The notes under the pieces were generated by a model. The model saw only the letters and a program-made list of their open reading frames with translations. It did not search any database and was not told the origin of the DNA. The position numbers were made by a program, and so were the translations under genes. From positions 5,918 to 69,917 of the forward strand of contig JBFGLT010000001.1 of the NCBI GenBank assembly GCA_041576015.1: a stretch of DNA of 64,000 nucleotides, written 5' to 3'. This stretch comes from Acidimicrobiales bacterium. GTDB taxonomy: Bacteria > Actinomycetota > Acidimicrobiia > Acidimicrobiales > SZUA-35. Of this stretch, positions 1 through 8,748 are shown piece after piece; the first letter of the stretch is position 1, and each line of letters opens with the position of its first letter.

Positions 1-1
1 A

Positions 2-1099
2 CCGGCCGTCAGCGTGGTCATCCCCACGTACAACGAAGCCGAGAACCTTCCCATTCTCGTCGGACGCCTGGAGAAGGCCCTCGCCGATCTCGACTACGAA
101 CTCATCGTGGTCGACGACGATTCACCGGACCAGACCTGGCGGGTCGCCGAGGAGCTGGCTGCGCAACAGCCCCGGCTGTCGGCGATCCGGCGGACCGACG
201 CCCGAGGGCTGTCGTCGGCGGTGATGGCGGGGTTCGGGGCGGCGCAGGGCCGAACCCTTGCGGTCCTCGATGCCGATCTCCAGCACGATGAGCGCATCCT
301 CCCCGAGCTCGTCAGCGCGGTCCTCGACGACCGGGTCGACATCGCCGTCGGCTCACGAGAGGCACCGGGCGGGAGTTACGGCGAGTTCGGTCCCTGGAGG
401 CGGACGGTCTCCTGGGGTGGTGCACAGCTGGCGCGACTGATGCTGCGGACACCGGTGGGCGACCCGATGAGCGGCTTCTTCGTCGTCAGCAGGGATCGGT
501 ACGAGGCCGTGGCCGATCTGGTCAACCCGAAGGGATTCAAGATCCTCCTCGAGTTCCTGGCCACCGGACCAGCACCGACGGTACGAGAGATCGGGTTCGG
601 GTTCGGCCAGCGCCTGCATGGGGCGACCAAGCTCACCGGCTCGGTTGTCGTCGCCTACCTGATGGCACTCCTGGAGTTGGCCGGCGGCCGGTTCGTCACC
701 GCTCGCTTCAGCGCCTATGCGATCGTCGGGCTCTCCGGTGTGGCCGTTCGCGCCGTCGTGACACTCACCGCCGGAGCCGTGCTGTCCCGCGCTACGGCCT
801 GGTGGCTGGCCATCGAGGTGGCGGTGGTCTGGAACTACTGGTGGAACAACCGATTCACCTTCAACGCCTACCGCCACGCCGGACGTGACTGGTTCGTCGG
901 CCTGGCCAAGTTCCACGCCGTCGCCGCGCACGGCGTGCTCGTGGCGGGTGCCACCCAGCAGATTCTACAGCCCCGCGTCGAGCTCGTCGCCAGCGTGCCG
1001 GTCGCAGCGGGAGCTGCCCTGATCGCCGGTCTGGGCCTCGCGACCGTCGGCAACTACCACCTGAACCGATCGATCACCTGGCGGACACTCCCTGCCTAG
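2..1099 (+). CDS. Family-2 glycosyltransferase (Dpm1/Ppm1-like polyprenol-phosphate sugar synthase) fused to a C-terminal GtrA-like membrane domain; 5' end cut by the window edge
   Basis: ORF 14..1099; the frame stays open back to nt 2. Motifs VVIPTYNEAENL, VVDDDSPDQT and DADLQHD fit the GT2 fold with DxD. The C-terminal ~120 aa has about 4 hydrophobic segments and WNYWWNNRFTF, a GtrA-type signature. Confidence 0.8.
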   Translation, partial: PAVSVVIPTYNEAENLPILVGRLEKALADLDYELIVVDDDSPDQTWRVAEELAAQQPRLSAIRRTDARGLSSAVMAGFGAAQGRTLAVLDADLQHDERILPELVSAVLDDRVDIAVGSREAPGGSYGEFGPWRRTVSWGGAQLARLMLRTPVGDPMSGFFVVSRDRYEAVADLVNPKGFKILLEFLATGPAPTVREIGFGFGQRLHGATKLTGSVVVAYLMALLELAGGRFVTARFSAYAIVGLSGVAVRAVVTLTAGAVLSRATAWWLAIEVAVVWNYWWNNRFTFNAYRHAGRDWFVGLAKFHAVAAHGVLVAGATQQILQPRVELVASVPVAAGAALIAGLGLATVGNYHLNRSITWRTLPA

Positions 1100-1111
1100 G
1101 CCCGACCTCGT

Positions 1112-1645
1112 TCAGCCGAGGCGGGAAATCACCGTCGCAACGAGCTGATCGATCTCGTCGACGGCCCGCTCGTAGGCCTTCAGTCGCTTCTTGTACGGGT
1201 CGGCGACATCGAAGCGGGATTCAGAGAGATACTGGTGGGGATCGCGGCTGGCGTTGATCCGCTCAAGGAACGATTCGATCGTCTCGTCGGCCCTGATGAT
1301 CCCGGCCGCCTCTTTCAACGGAAGGGTCTTGCGAAGAGCGCGACGGTCGACGACCGTGGCGTCGAGAACGTGCCGCGCCTCCATGGTCAAGATGATGTCG
1401 GCAGCGGTGAGGCTGTCGCGGTCCACGGTGTAGCTGCGGTGGTCGGCGACGGAGATCCCCCGGCTCGCCAGCACCTTCTGGAGATCGTCGGGACACGGGC
1501 GGTCGCCGGAGAGAAATCCGGCCGACCTGAAGTGAAAACGCTCGGCACCGAACTGGTGGCGGGCCAGATACTCAGCGGACGGGCTGCGGCAGATGTTGGC
1601 AGTGCACACGAACAGCACCCGCCGACGCCGCGGTGTGGAATCCAT
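1112..1645 (-). CDS. Low-molecular-weight protein-tyrosine phosphatase
   Basis: Internal ATG at 1645 of ORF 1112..2011 gives 177 aa. VLFVCTANICRSPSAEY is the CX5R(S/T) P-loop and DVADPY is the Asp loop. The upstream 120 aa of the ORF are Arg/Pro-rich junk. Confidence 0.85.
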   Translation of the reverse strand: MDSTPRRRRVLFVCTANICRSPSAEYLARHQFGAERFHFRSAGFLSGDRPCPDDLQKVLASRGISVADHRSYTVDRDSLTAADIILTMEARHVLDATVVDRRALRKTLPLKEAAGIIRADETIESFLERINASRDPHQYLSESRFDVADPYKKRLKAYERAVDEIDQLVATVISRLG

Positions 1646-1665
1646 AGACCGCCAGTGTGACCGAT

Positions 1666-2373
1666 TCAGGCACCGGTGCGCCGGACGAGCGCCCCGAAGG
1701 TCCTGAACAGGATTCTCAGATCCGTCGCCAGCGACAGATTGATGACATAGGCCATGTCGAGGTGGAGACCCTCGGACAGGACCGCCTTGCTCCGCAGCCC
1801 CGACGTCTGGAACAACCCGGTCAGACCGGGGCGGACGAGGTGGCGGGGATGGTCGAGAATGCCGTCGTTCTTGGCGATGTAGTACAACTCGGGACGGGGT
1901 CCGACCAGGCTCATCTCGCCGCGGAGGACGTTGATGAGCTGAGGGAGTTCGTCGATGCTGACGCTCCGAAGGAAGCGCCCGAACCGGGTGTGACGGGGAT
2001 CGCTCGAGCACTTGTGCGTCTTGCGGCGGTCCTCGCCGTCGAAGCGGATCGCGCTCGATCGCCGGTCGGGATGCATCGTCCGGAACTTGAACATCTTGAA
2101 CTGACGGCCGTTCTGGCCGACTCGATCCTGGGACAGGACGACGTCCCTGCCGAGCGTCAGCCGGAGCCCGAGCCAGGTGAGAGCGAGCACGGGCGAGAGG
2201 AGCGCGAGCGCGCTGCCGGCGATCAGGACGTCGAGGGCGCGCTTGACGAAGCGCTCGTAGAAGCTGCGTCGGCGCTCCACCCAGCCGATGTCGAGCACCG
2301 ACGATGCCGCGCCGGGGTCCTCGGTTGGTGCCGATCGGGAGAGTTCTCGATCTAGTGGGTGTCGCGCCGTCAT
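1666..2373 (-). CDS. Polyprenyl-phosphate sugar phosphotransferase (bacterial sugar transferase family, small WbaP/EpsL type); priming enzyme
   Basis: One N-terminal TM segment (LDVLIAGSALALLSPVLALTWL). Motifs FKFRTM, DELPQLINVLRGEMSLVGPRPE and RPGLTGLFQ. ATG at 2373 is preceded by GAGG; an alternative start lies at 2430. Confidence 0.85.
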   Translation of the reverse strand: MTARHPLDRELSRSAPTEDPGAASSVLDIGWVERRRSFYERFVKRALDVLIAGSALALLSPVLALTWLGLRLTLGRDVVLSQDRVGQNGRQFKMFKFRTMHPDRRSSAIRFDGEDRRKTHKCSSDPRHTRFGRFLRSVSIDELPQLINVLRGEMSLVGPRPELYYIAKNDGILDHPRHLVRPGLTGLFQTSGLRSKAVLSEGLHLDMAYVINLSLATDLRILFRTFGALVRRTGA

Positions 2374-2489
2374 ATTCGCCTCATACCGCTCTTTCACGGG
2401 TAATCCGAGAGTTGTAACCGAAGGTAGCAACCACGTGCCGTGGTGGGAATGAACAAGGCAAGAATCGGGAACGTCTGCCCATCATCGCC

Positions 2490-3449
2490 ATGGGTCGGCA
2501 CCCCATGAGCCATGGGGACCAGTACCTTCGAGACGTGCGATCGATTGCTGTCATCCTCACCTGCTTCAACCGGCGCGAGACGACGCTGACCTGCCTCGAT
2601 CATCTGGTCAACCAGACGGGGCTCGAGACCGAACCTCCTGGTCAGGGACCCGAGCCGGAGGCCGAGCTCCACGTGTTCCTCGTCGACGACGGGAGCACCG
2701 ACGGCACCGGAGAGGCGGTCGGATCGGCCCATCCCGAGGTCGAGATCATCCCCGGCACGGGCGACCTCTTCTGGAATCGTGGCATGCACCGTGCGTGGCA
2801 GGTCGCCATCGAGCACGGTGGATTCGACCACTACTTCTTGTTGAACGACGACACGTTCTTGTTCCCGGATGCGCTCATCGCGCTGATCGCCGCCGCCGAA
2901 CACCCCGAGGACGGCTCGACCGGCCCGGGGATCGCCGTCGGCGCGACGACCGATCCGCGCACCGGTGCGCTCAACTACGGCGGCTACGTCCGCTCCTCGA
3001 AGTGGAATCCGATGAAGCTCGAGCACCGACCTCTCGGTGACCGGACCAGGGTCGTGACGATGAACTGCAACGCCGTGTTGGTCCCGGGCGACATCGTCGA
3101 CCAGATCGGCCAGATGGATCCGTTCTACCATCACAGCTGGGGCGACATCGATCTCGGCTACCGGGCCAGTCGGGCGGGAATCGTTCTCTCGGTCCCGGAC
3201 CGCCCGGTCGGTCACTGCGAATCGAATCCCCACGGGACCGACGCCTACCGCGACCCGTCGATGGGCCTGCGGGAGCGCATCCGTCAGATCAACTCGATCC
3301 ACGGCCTGAACAAGGCGGATTGGTATCACCTCGTCCGCCGGCACGGGGGCCCGGTGTGGCCGGCGGTCTGGGCGTCTCCCTACATCAATCTGGTGGTCAC
3401 GTGGGCTCGACAACGGCTGCCCGGCTCCGGGCGTGCCGCCGGAGAATGA
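2490..3449 (+). CDS. Family-2 glycosyltransferase
   Basis: IAVILTCFNRRETTLTCLDHL, FLVDDGSTDGT and LLNDDTFL are GT2 motifs. Divergent from the priming transferase. Confidence 0.8.
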   Translation: MGRHPMSHGDQYLRDVRSIAVILTCFNRRETTLTCLDHLVNQTGLETEPPGQGPEPEAELHVFLVDDGSTDGTGEAVGSAHPEVEIIPGTGDLFWNRGMHRAWQVAIEHGGFDHYFLLNDDTFLFPDALIALIAAAEHPEDGSTGPGIAVGATTDPRTGALNYGGYVRSSKWNPMKLEHRPLGDRTRVVTMNCNAVLVPGDIVDQIGQMDPFYHHSWGDIDLGYRASRAGIVLSVPDRPVGHCESNPHGTDAYRDPSMGLRERIRQINSIHGLNKADWYHLVRRHGGPVWPAVWASPYINLVVTWARQRLPGSGRAAGE

Positions 3450-4770
3450 TCTCGCGACCGTCCAGCGTCGATCGGTTCCGATCCATGAACCGCTTGGTCT
3501 CCACGAACGCCACCACCAGCAACATCCAGTCGATGCCCCGTTGCACGACGCCGTGCTCGGTGACCGAGTAGAGCGCAGCGTAGGAGATCATGGCGATCGG
3601 GAAGAGCCCGGCCAGTCCCGGCCGGTCCCGGAGGTAGTGAATCGACCGCCACAGCCCTCGTCCCATGACGATGAGCCAGATGACGAGCCCTACCGCCCCG
3701 ATGTTGAGCAGGTATTCGAGGGCGGCGTTGTGGGCGGTCGGCGGAAACCAGTCGTTCTCGAGCCAGATCTCGTGGGCCGGCGATCCCCAGCCCCCCCAGA
3801 ACGCGTCCCAGCCGTACCCGAGAAACGGGCGCTCGGAGATCGGCACGAGGAGATGGCGCCACAGGATGGTCCGACCGGTCAGCGTTATGTCTCGGCCGAG
3901 CAGGTCCGTGATGAACACGAGGTTGGCGGTCGCGACGAGGATTCCGAACAACCCGGCGGTCACCTCGCTCACGAGCACGGCGCCGAACAGCTGCTTGCGG
4001 GCCCGAAACGTCGTGAACACGATCAGCAACCCGCCAAGCAACACCAGCGACACCAGCGAGGTCTTGGAGTTGGTGCCCAGGACCAACCCGATCGAGCCGA
4101 CCAACCCGATCGACGCGAGGATCCGATGGTGCCGTGACCGGATGGCAAAGACCATGATCAGCGCACCGAGTACCGCTTGCTTGCCGAGCGAGTTGCGGTT
4201 GGTGGTGATGCCCAACCAGTTGGCGCCCGTCGGGGACACCCCGTACCGGGGAAGCGCGAAGATCCACAGGTAGTTCAGGATCATCGAGACGAAGAAGACG
4301 ATGGCGAGGCGGTTGAGGAGCTGCTCCAGGCTGTAGCGGGCGACGAAATAGATCCCGATCAGCACCACCATGAAGAGGGCGACCGCTCTTCGCAGTGTCG
4401 TGTTGAAGTCGACCGACCAGAGCGGGGAGAACAGGATCAATGCGGCGAACGCCATCAGCGCCATGTCGCAGACGATCAGGTAGAACATCGCCTTCGGGCG
4501 CTTCAGTGAGAAGGCCAGCAACGACACGGTCAGTCCGAGGAAGACGGCGATCACGAGAGAACCGCCGGAGTCGACGTACTGCCCTGTCCCGCCCTCGAGC
4601 ACGACGAACCACTCGGTCGGGAGCCCGGCGGTGAGAAACAGCAGGGTGAGCATCCCCACGGCCTGTTCGGCCAGTCGAGGGCGGGCCCGGTAGGCCGGGC
4701 TCAGACGCCACTGCGCCCGCTGCTCGGCCAGCAACTGGGCCGGCGACGGCGTGACGGCGGTCAGCGCCAT
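3397..4770 (-). CDS. O-antigen ligase / Wzy-like polytopic membrane protein
   Basis: 457 aa with about 10-12 hydrophobic segments and a larger loop (GRTILWRHLLVPISERPFLGYGWDAFW), typical of the Wzy_C/O-antigen ligase family. Its start lies 3 nt downstream of the Wzz/kinase stop. Confidence 0.75.
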   Translation of the reverse strand: MALTAVTPSPAQLLAEQRAQWRLSPAYRARPRLAEQAVGMLTLLFLTAGLPTEWFVVLEGGTGQYVDSGGSLVIAVFLGLTVSLLAFSLKRPKAMFYLIVCDMALMAFAALILFSPLWSVDFNTTLRRAVALFMVVLIGIYFVARYSLEQLLNRLAIVFFVSMILNYLWIFALPRYGVSPTGANWLGITTNRNSLGKQAVLGALIMVFAIRSRHHRILASIGLVGSIGLVLGTNSKTSLVSLVLLGGLLIVFTTFRARKQLFGAVLVSEVTAGLFGILVATANLVFITDLLGRDITLTGRTILWRHLLVPISERPFLGYGWDAFWGGWGSPAHEIWLENDWFPPTAHNAALEYLLNIGAVGLVIWLIVMGRGLWRSIHYLRDRPGLAGLFPIAMISYAALYSVTEHGVVQRGIDWMLLVVAFVETKRFMDRNRSTLDGREIILRRHARSRAAVVEPT

Positions 4771-4773
4771 CGG

Positions 4774-6414
4774 TTAGGACTGGCCGGTGTCGTAGTACGA
4801 GTACGTGTCCCGGCGGGAGAAGAACCCCCGGCGGGCACGGGTGCGGTTGAGGACCGCTCCGACGATCGACGCACCCGCCCGTTCGAGTTCGTCCTTCACC
4901 TTGAGAAGGTCGGGCGTTTCGGTGCGGCGGCTGTCCACCACCAGCAGCACACCGTCGGCGTGGGTCGCGGCGGTCGCCGCATCGGCGGTGCTGAGGACCG
5001 GCGGGCTGTCGATGAGGACATAGGACGCCATGGTCCGGAGCTCTTTGATCAGCGTCTCGAACTGCAGGGAACCGAGCAGCTCGCCGGGGTTGGCGGGCGG
5101 AGGACCGGCCGGGACGAACCAGAGGTTGTCGACGCCCTCGACTGTCTTGAGCTCCATCTCGGTCTTCCCACCGAGGAAATCCGAGAGCCCTTCGTCGTTG
5201 GGAACGCCGAGAATCCGTTCGAGGGTCGGGCGGCGCATGTCGGCAGAGACGAGGGCGACGTGCTTTCCGCTCTGGGCGAGGGCCAGAGCCAGGTTGGCCG
5301 AGGCGACCGACTTGCCTTCGCCGGGGAAGGCGCTCGTGAAGAGGAAGACCTCTGCCCCGGTGGAGGCCGATGTGAACTGAACGCTCGATCGGAGCCGCCG
5401 GAACGCCTCCCGGCAGATCCCCAGTCGCGGTTTGCGGTCCTGGCTGAGCATGATCGCCGCCGACGTCCCGCTGCGACTCCCCAGCGGGAAGGCCGGAACC
5501 GAGGCCATGACCCGGGCGCCCACGGCCAGTGAGACGTCGGCCTCGTCGCGGGCGGTGGTGTCGAGGCGCTCGATGAGGAACGCAGCGGCCGTGCCGAACA
5601 ACAACCCGGCGATCGCCGCTCCCGCCAGAATGATGGCACGGGGGATGCCGTCGGGCGACCCGGGCACGGCTGCCGACAGAAGCACCCGGCCGGCCGGCTG
5701 GAGGGCGTTGCGCTCCAGCCGCAGCTCGTTGAGGTCGGTGTTGGCGACCCGAATCGCCTGGGCCCAGGCATTGACCTCGGTCCGCAACACGCTGACCTGT
5801 CCGCTGATCTGACCCTCCTCGATGTCGGTCAGGTTGACGCCGTTCGTGGAGGCGACGAGGGCGGCGATCTGTTCTTCGAGGCTCTGTTGGATGGCGACGG
5901 CTTCGGCGATCTGGGTCTCCAGCACGGCGATTCGTTCGTCGTAGTAGGCCTCGGCCTCGGTCCGGCGATCGTCGACGTAGACCTCGGCGAACGCATTGAC
6001 GACGTCGGCTGCGAACTCGCGGTCCGTACTGGTGTACGACAAGTCCAGTCGCTGGCTGTCGGGGATGAAGGAGATCTTGATCCGGCGCTGGAGTTGGGCG
6101 GCGGTGACCTCGTACCCCTGCCGGCGGAGAAGGCTCGCCACATCGGCGGAGATCTCGTCGCTGCGAAGCACGGAGCGCTCCAGCTCGAGGTTCGCCTCCG
6201 CCGGCGTGCCCCGGGTGCTGTTCACCGGGCTGAGGCCCACCTGGATCTCACCCTCGGCGGTGTAGGAGGCGACGCGCCCGGACGTGGCCACGAAGGCGAC
6301 GGCGAAGATCAGCAGCGTGGTCGCCACGACGGTCCACTTGCGATTCCGGATCGCGGCGAGGTAGTCCTCGAGCGTCGTGACATCGTCTTGCACGAAGTTG
6401 TTGTCTGGAACCAT
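4774..6414 (-). CDS. Polysaccharide co-polymerase (Wzz-like) fused to a BY-type tyrosine autokinase
   Basis: N-terminal TM, coiled periplasmic-type domain, then a second TM. The C-terminal P-loop has SAFPGEGKS (Walker A), VLIDSPP (A') and LLVVDSRRT (B). The C-terminal Tyr cluster is DTYSYYD. ATG at 6414 is preceded by GAGAG; the track uses TTG at 6441. Confidence 0.85.
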   Translation of the reverse strand: MVPDNNFVQDDVTTLEDYLAAIRNRKWTVVATTLLIFAVAFVATSGRVASYTAEGEIQVGLSPVNSTRGTPAEANLELERSVLRSDEISADVASLLRRQGYEVTAAQLQRRIKISFIPDSQRLDLSYTSTDREFAADVVNAFAEVYVDDRRTEAEAYYDERIAVLETQIAEAVAIQQSLEEQIAALVASTNGVNLTDIEEGQISGQVSVLRTEVNAWAQAIRVANTDLNELRLERNALQPAGRVLLSAAVPGSPDGIPRAIILAGAAIAGLLFGTAAAFLIERLDTTARDEADVSLAVGARVMASVPAFPLGSRSGTSAAIMLSQDRKPRLGICREAFRRLRSSVQFTSASTGAEVFLFTSAFPGEGKSVASANLALALAQSGKHVALVSADMRRPTLERILGVPNDEGLSDFLGGKTEMELKTVEGVDNLWFVPAGPPPANPGELLGSLQFETLIKELRTMASYVLIDSPPVLSTADAATAATHADGVLLVVDSRRTETPDLLKVKDELERAGASIVGAVLNRTRARRGFFSRRDTYSYYDTGQS

Positions 6415-6482
6415 GGCCGCACTCTCAGTCGTAGGACTCAACGGGCCAGGTTACTGGCACCGGGGCCAGAACGACTGAGCAG

Positions 6483-8618
6483 TCATCCCACCCTTCGAGT
6501 AGGCCGATAGTAGGACCAGAGTAGGGCCAGTGCGGCAGCGCCCGCCGCCGGGAGCTCGGGCGGAACCGGCGCCTGGGGGATCGATTGATCGTCGAACGCC
6601 AGCGTGCGAGGAACCTCGGCGGGTTGGTCGCCGCCCGTTTCGGCGAGCTCGGACGGCTCGTCGTCCTCGACGGGTGCCGGCGGAACCGGCCCGGCGATCT
6701 CGTCGGCCGTGGCTCGCTGGGCTGGGGCGCCCAAGGCTCCGGAGCCGTCGAGCTCGATGACGGAGCCTTCGCCGCCATCCACGCCCGGCGGACGGAACTG
6801 AACGGTCGTCGACCGACCAGTGGTGGTAGCGGTCGGGCCGGTGGCCGCCGCCGGCGAGACCTCGCCGATCTCGGCTCCTGCCAAGTCCGCATCCGACGCG
6901 GTTGTCACACGCGATGCGGTCGGCTCAGTCGACGAGGTCGAGGTCGGGCCGGCGGCGGTGGTCGACGAGCTCGTGGTGGCGGGGGACGTCGTCGTCGAGG
7001 ACTCCGTTGTCGGTGGCCGAGCCACGGCGGTGGAGGCGGTCCCGGGAGGAACGGTCGTCGCCACCGTGGAGGGTGACGTGTCCGTCGGTTCGGTCACGCT
7101 CGACGGGGCGGTCGTCGGCGGCGGAGTGGTGGGCGAAGATGCGGTCGTCGCAGTCGTCGGTGCAGCGGTCGTCGTCGGGGGCGGCGCCGTCGTGGTCGTC
7201 GTCGCGGGAGCTGTGCTCGAGGATTCGAGCGCCCCCTGATCGATGCCCGAGCCGGCGACCCGGGCCCGGCCGATCAGGTCGGCACCGAGCACTCCGTTGA
7301 AGCTGGCGATTCCACCGTCGACCGCCGGTGAACCGGCCTGGAGCTGGAAGTTCGACGGGTTCGGATTGGTGGACGGGGAGGCGAGGACCGCCGTGCCCGG
7401 TGCCACCCGCTGGTCCCCGCTCGACTGGGCGCCGTTGTATTCGGGGGCGGTGTCAGCCACGTACAGGTTGTTCGAGAACCGGACGTTCGACGCATCGTAG
7501 GTTCGGGCCGGCTTGAGCCCGTTGCGCGAGTACACGATGTTGTTGGCGAAGTGCACGTCGTCGGAGTAGAAGGCGCCCAGCTCACCGCCCGAGCTGGCGA
7601 TCTCGGACGTGCGCAGGTTCTGATAGATCGTGTTGTTCACGACATCGACGTGCCGCGACTCATAGATCTGTACTCCCCGTCCGCCGTTGTCGAGACACAG
7701 GTTGTTGGCGATCAGCGTTCTCCCCGAGTAGCCGTTGATCTTGGTGCGGTCCATGATGATGCAGTTGCCGTCGGTGAACCGACCGTTCCGATCCCGTATC
7801 TTGTTCTCGACCCGGTACACGATGTTGCCGGTGATGTAGTTGGAGTATCCGTTGGCGTCGTTGCCGAATCCCATGTTGAAACTCTCGAGGATCGAGATGC
7901 CCGAGTGCTGAGTGGGCTCGACCTCGGCGACATCGAACACCACGTTGTTGCGGATCTCGACGTGGCTGGAGCCGGTCACCGGGATGCCGCCGGCCCCGAA
8001 CCCCGAGATCCGGTTGTTCAAAACGCGGACATGGTGGTTCTTCGCCGGACCGTAGATCGCATCCACGTTGATTCCTGCGCCGGAGTAGCTGGACGTCCCG
8101 CCGGTCGGGTTGCCGATGAGTTCGAGGTTCGAGATCTCGACGTAGCTGGCTCCCTCCACCTTGATGCCGTTGCTCTGGTTGCTCTTGAGCACGGGCGTCG
8201 CCCCGGGGAACGCTGTGATCTTGATCCAGGCGTTCGGCTGGCCGGAACGGTTGACGACGACGGCGGAGTCGGAGCGTTCCGACTCGAAGAACTCCCCCTC
8301 CATCACATACAGGGTGTCGCCCGGATTGAGCTGCTTGACGGCGTACGCCACGGTGCGATATGGCTGGTCGGGGCTGTCGCCGCTGTTGGCGTTGTCGCCA
8401 CCGGGCGACACGTATTTCCCCGGCAGGGCGACTCCTGCGCCCCGCACCTCGGGGTCCTGCTCCGAGAGGTCGGTCGATGAAACACAACCAGACGCGACGA
8501 GGACGACCACGACGACCAGGGCGAGGCGGAGGGTGCCCAGGAAGCCTCGACGATCAAGCGCGGTTCGTGCGGCGGGGACGCGAGCGTCCCCACCCGTACG
8601 GCGGACGGTCTGGGGCAT
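6483..8618 (-). CDS. Secreted right-handed parallel beta-helix repeat protein (pectate-lyase-fold, putative glycan-modifying/depolymerising enzyme) with Thr/Pro-rich linker and C-terminal anchor-like tail
   Basis: The N-terminus DRRGFLGTLRLALVVVVVLVASGC reads as a Tat motif plus lipobox. Repeated NNxIxxxxxxGI units are present (NNRISGFGAGGIPVTGSSHVEIRNNVVFD, NNLCLDNGGRGVQIYESRHVDVVNNTIY). A T/P/S/A-rich stretch of about 130 aa follows. The C-terminus is VPPELPAAGAAALALLWSYYRPTRRVG. Confidence 0.75.
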   Translation of the reverse strand: MPQTVRRTGGDARVPAARTALDRRGFLGTLRLALVVVVVLVASGCVSSTDLSEQDPEVRGAGVALPGKYVSPGGDNANSGDSPDQPYRTVAYAVKQLNPGDTLYVMEGEFFESERSDSAVVVNRSGQPNAWIKITAFPGATPVLKSNQSNGIKVEGASYVEISNLELIGNPTGGTSSYSGAGINVDAIYGPAKNHHVRVLNNRISGFGAGGIPVTGSSHVEIRNNVVFDVAEVEPTQHSGISILESFNMGFGNDANGYSNYITGNIVYRVENKIRDRNGRFTDGNCIIMDRTKINGYSGRTLIANNLCLDNGGRGVQIYESRHVDVVNNTIYQNLRTSEIASSGGELGAFYSDDVHFANNIVYSRNGLKPARTYDASNVRFSNNLYVADTAPEYNGAQSSGDQRVAPGTAVLASPSTNPNPSNFQLQAGSPAVDGGIASFNGVLGADLIGRARVAGSGIDQGALESSSTAPATTTTTAPPPTTTAAPTTATTASSPTTPPPTTAPSSVTEPTDTSPSTVATTVPPGTASTAVARPPTTESSTTTSPATTSSSTTAAGPTSTSSTEPTASRVTTASDADLAGAEIGEVSPAAATGPTATTTGRSTTVQFRPPGVDGGEGSVIELDGSGALGAPAQRATADEIAGPVPPAPVEDDEPSELAETGGDQPAEVPRTLAFDDQSIPQAPVPPELPAAGAAALALLWSYYRPTRRVG

Positions 8619-8748
8619 ATCGGTTCATCGGCACGATCGGAATCGGGTTGAGCCCTAATTGGGCACGCCCACGTCGCCCCGACGGCCCGCACGCGCGACC
8701 GCTGGTCCGATGTCCCTGGTGGGAGCGTTCCCGACCGGGCCGGGCCCG

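Noticed and set aside
6633-6647. LAETG (class E sortase LAxTG-type motif) in the beta-helix protein
   Set aside because: The motif is followed by about 30 hydrophilic residues before the hydrophobic segment and Arg cluster. Genuine cell-wall sorting signals place the motif immediately before the TM segment. The tail proximal to the TM (PELPAAG) is the more plausible signal.
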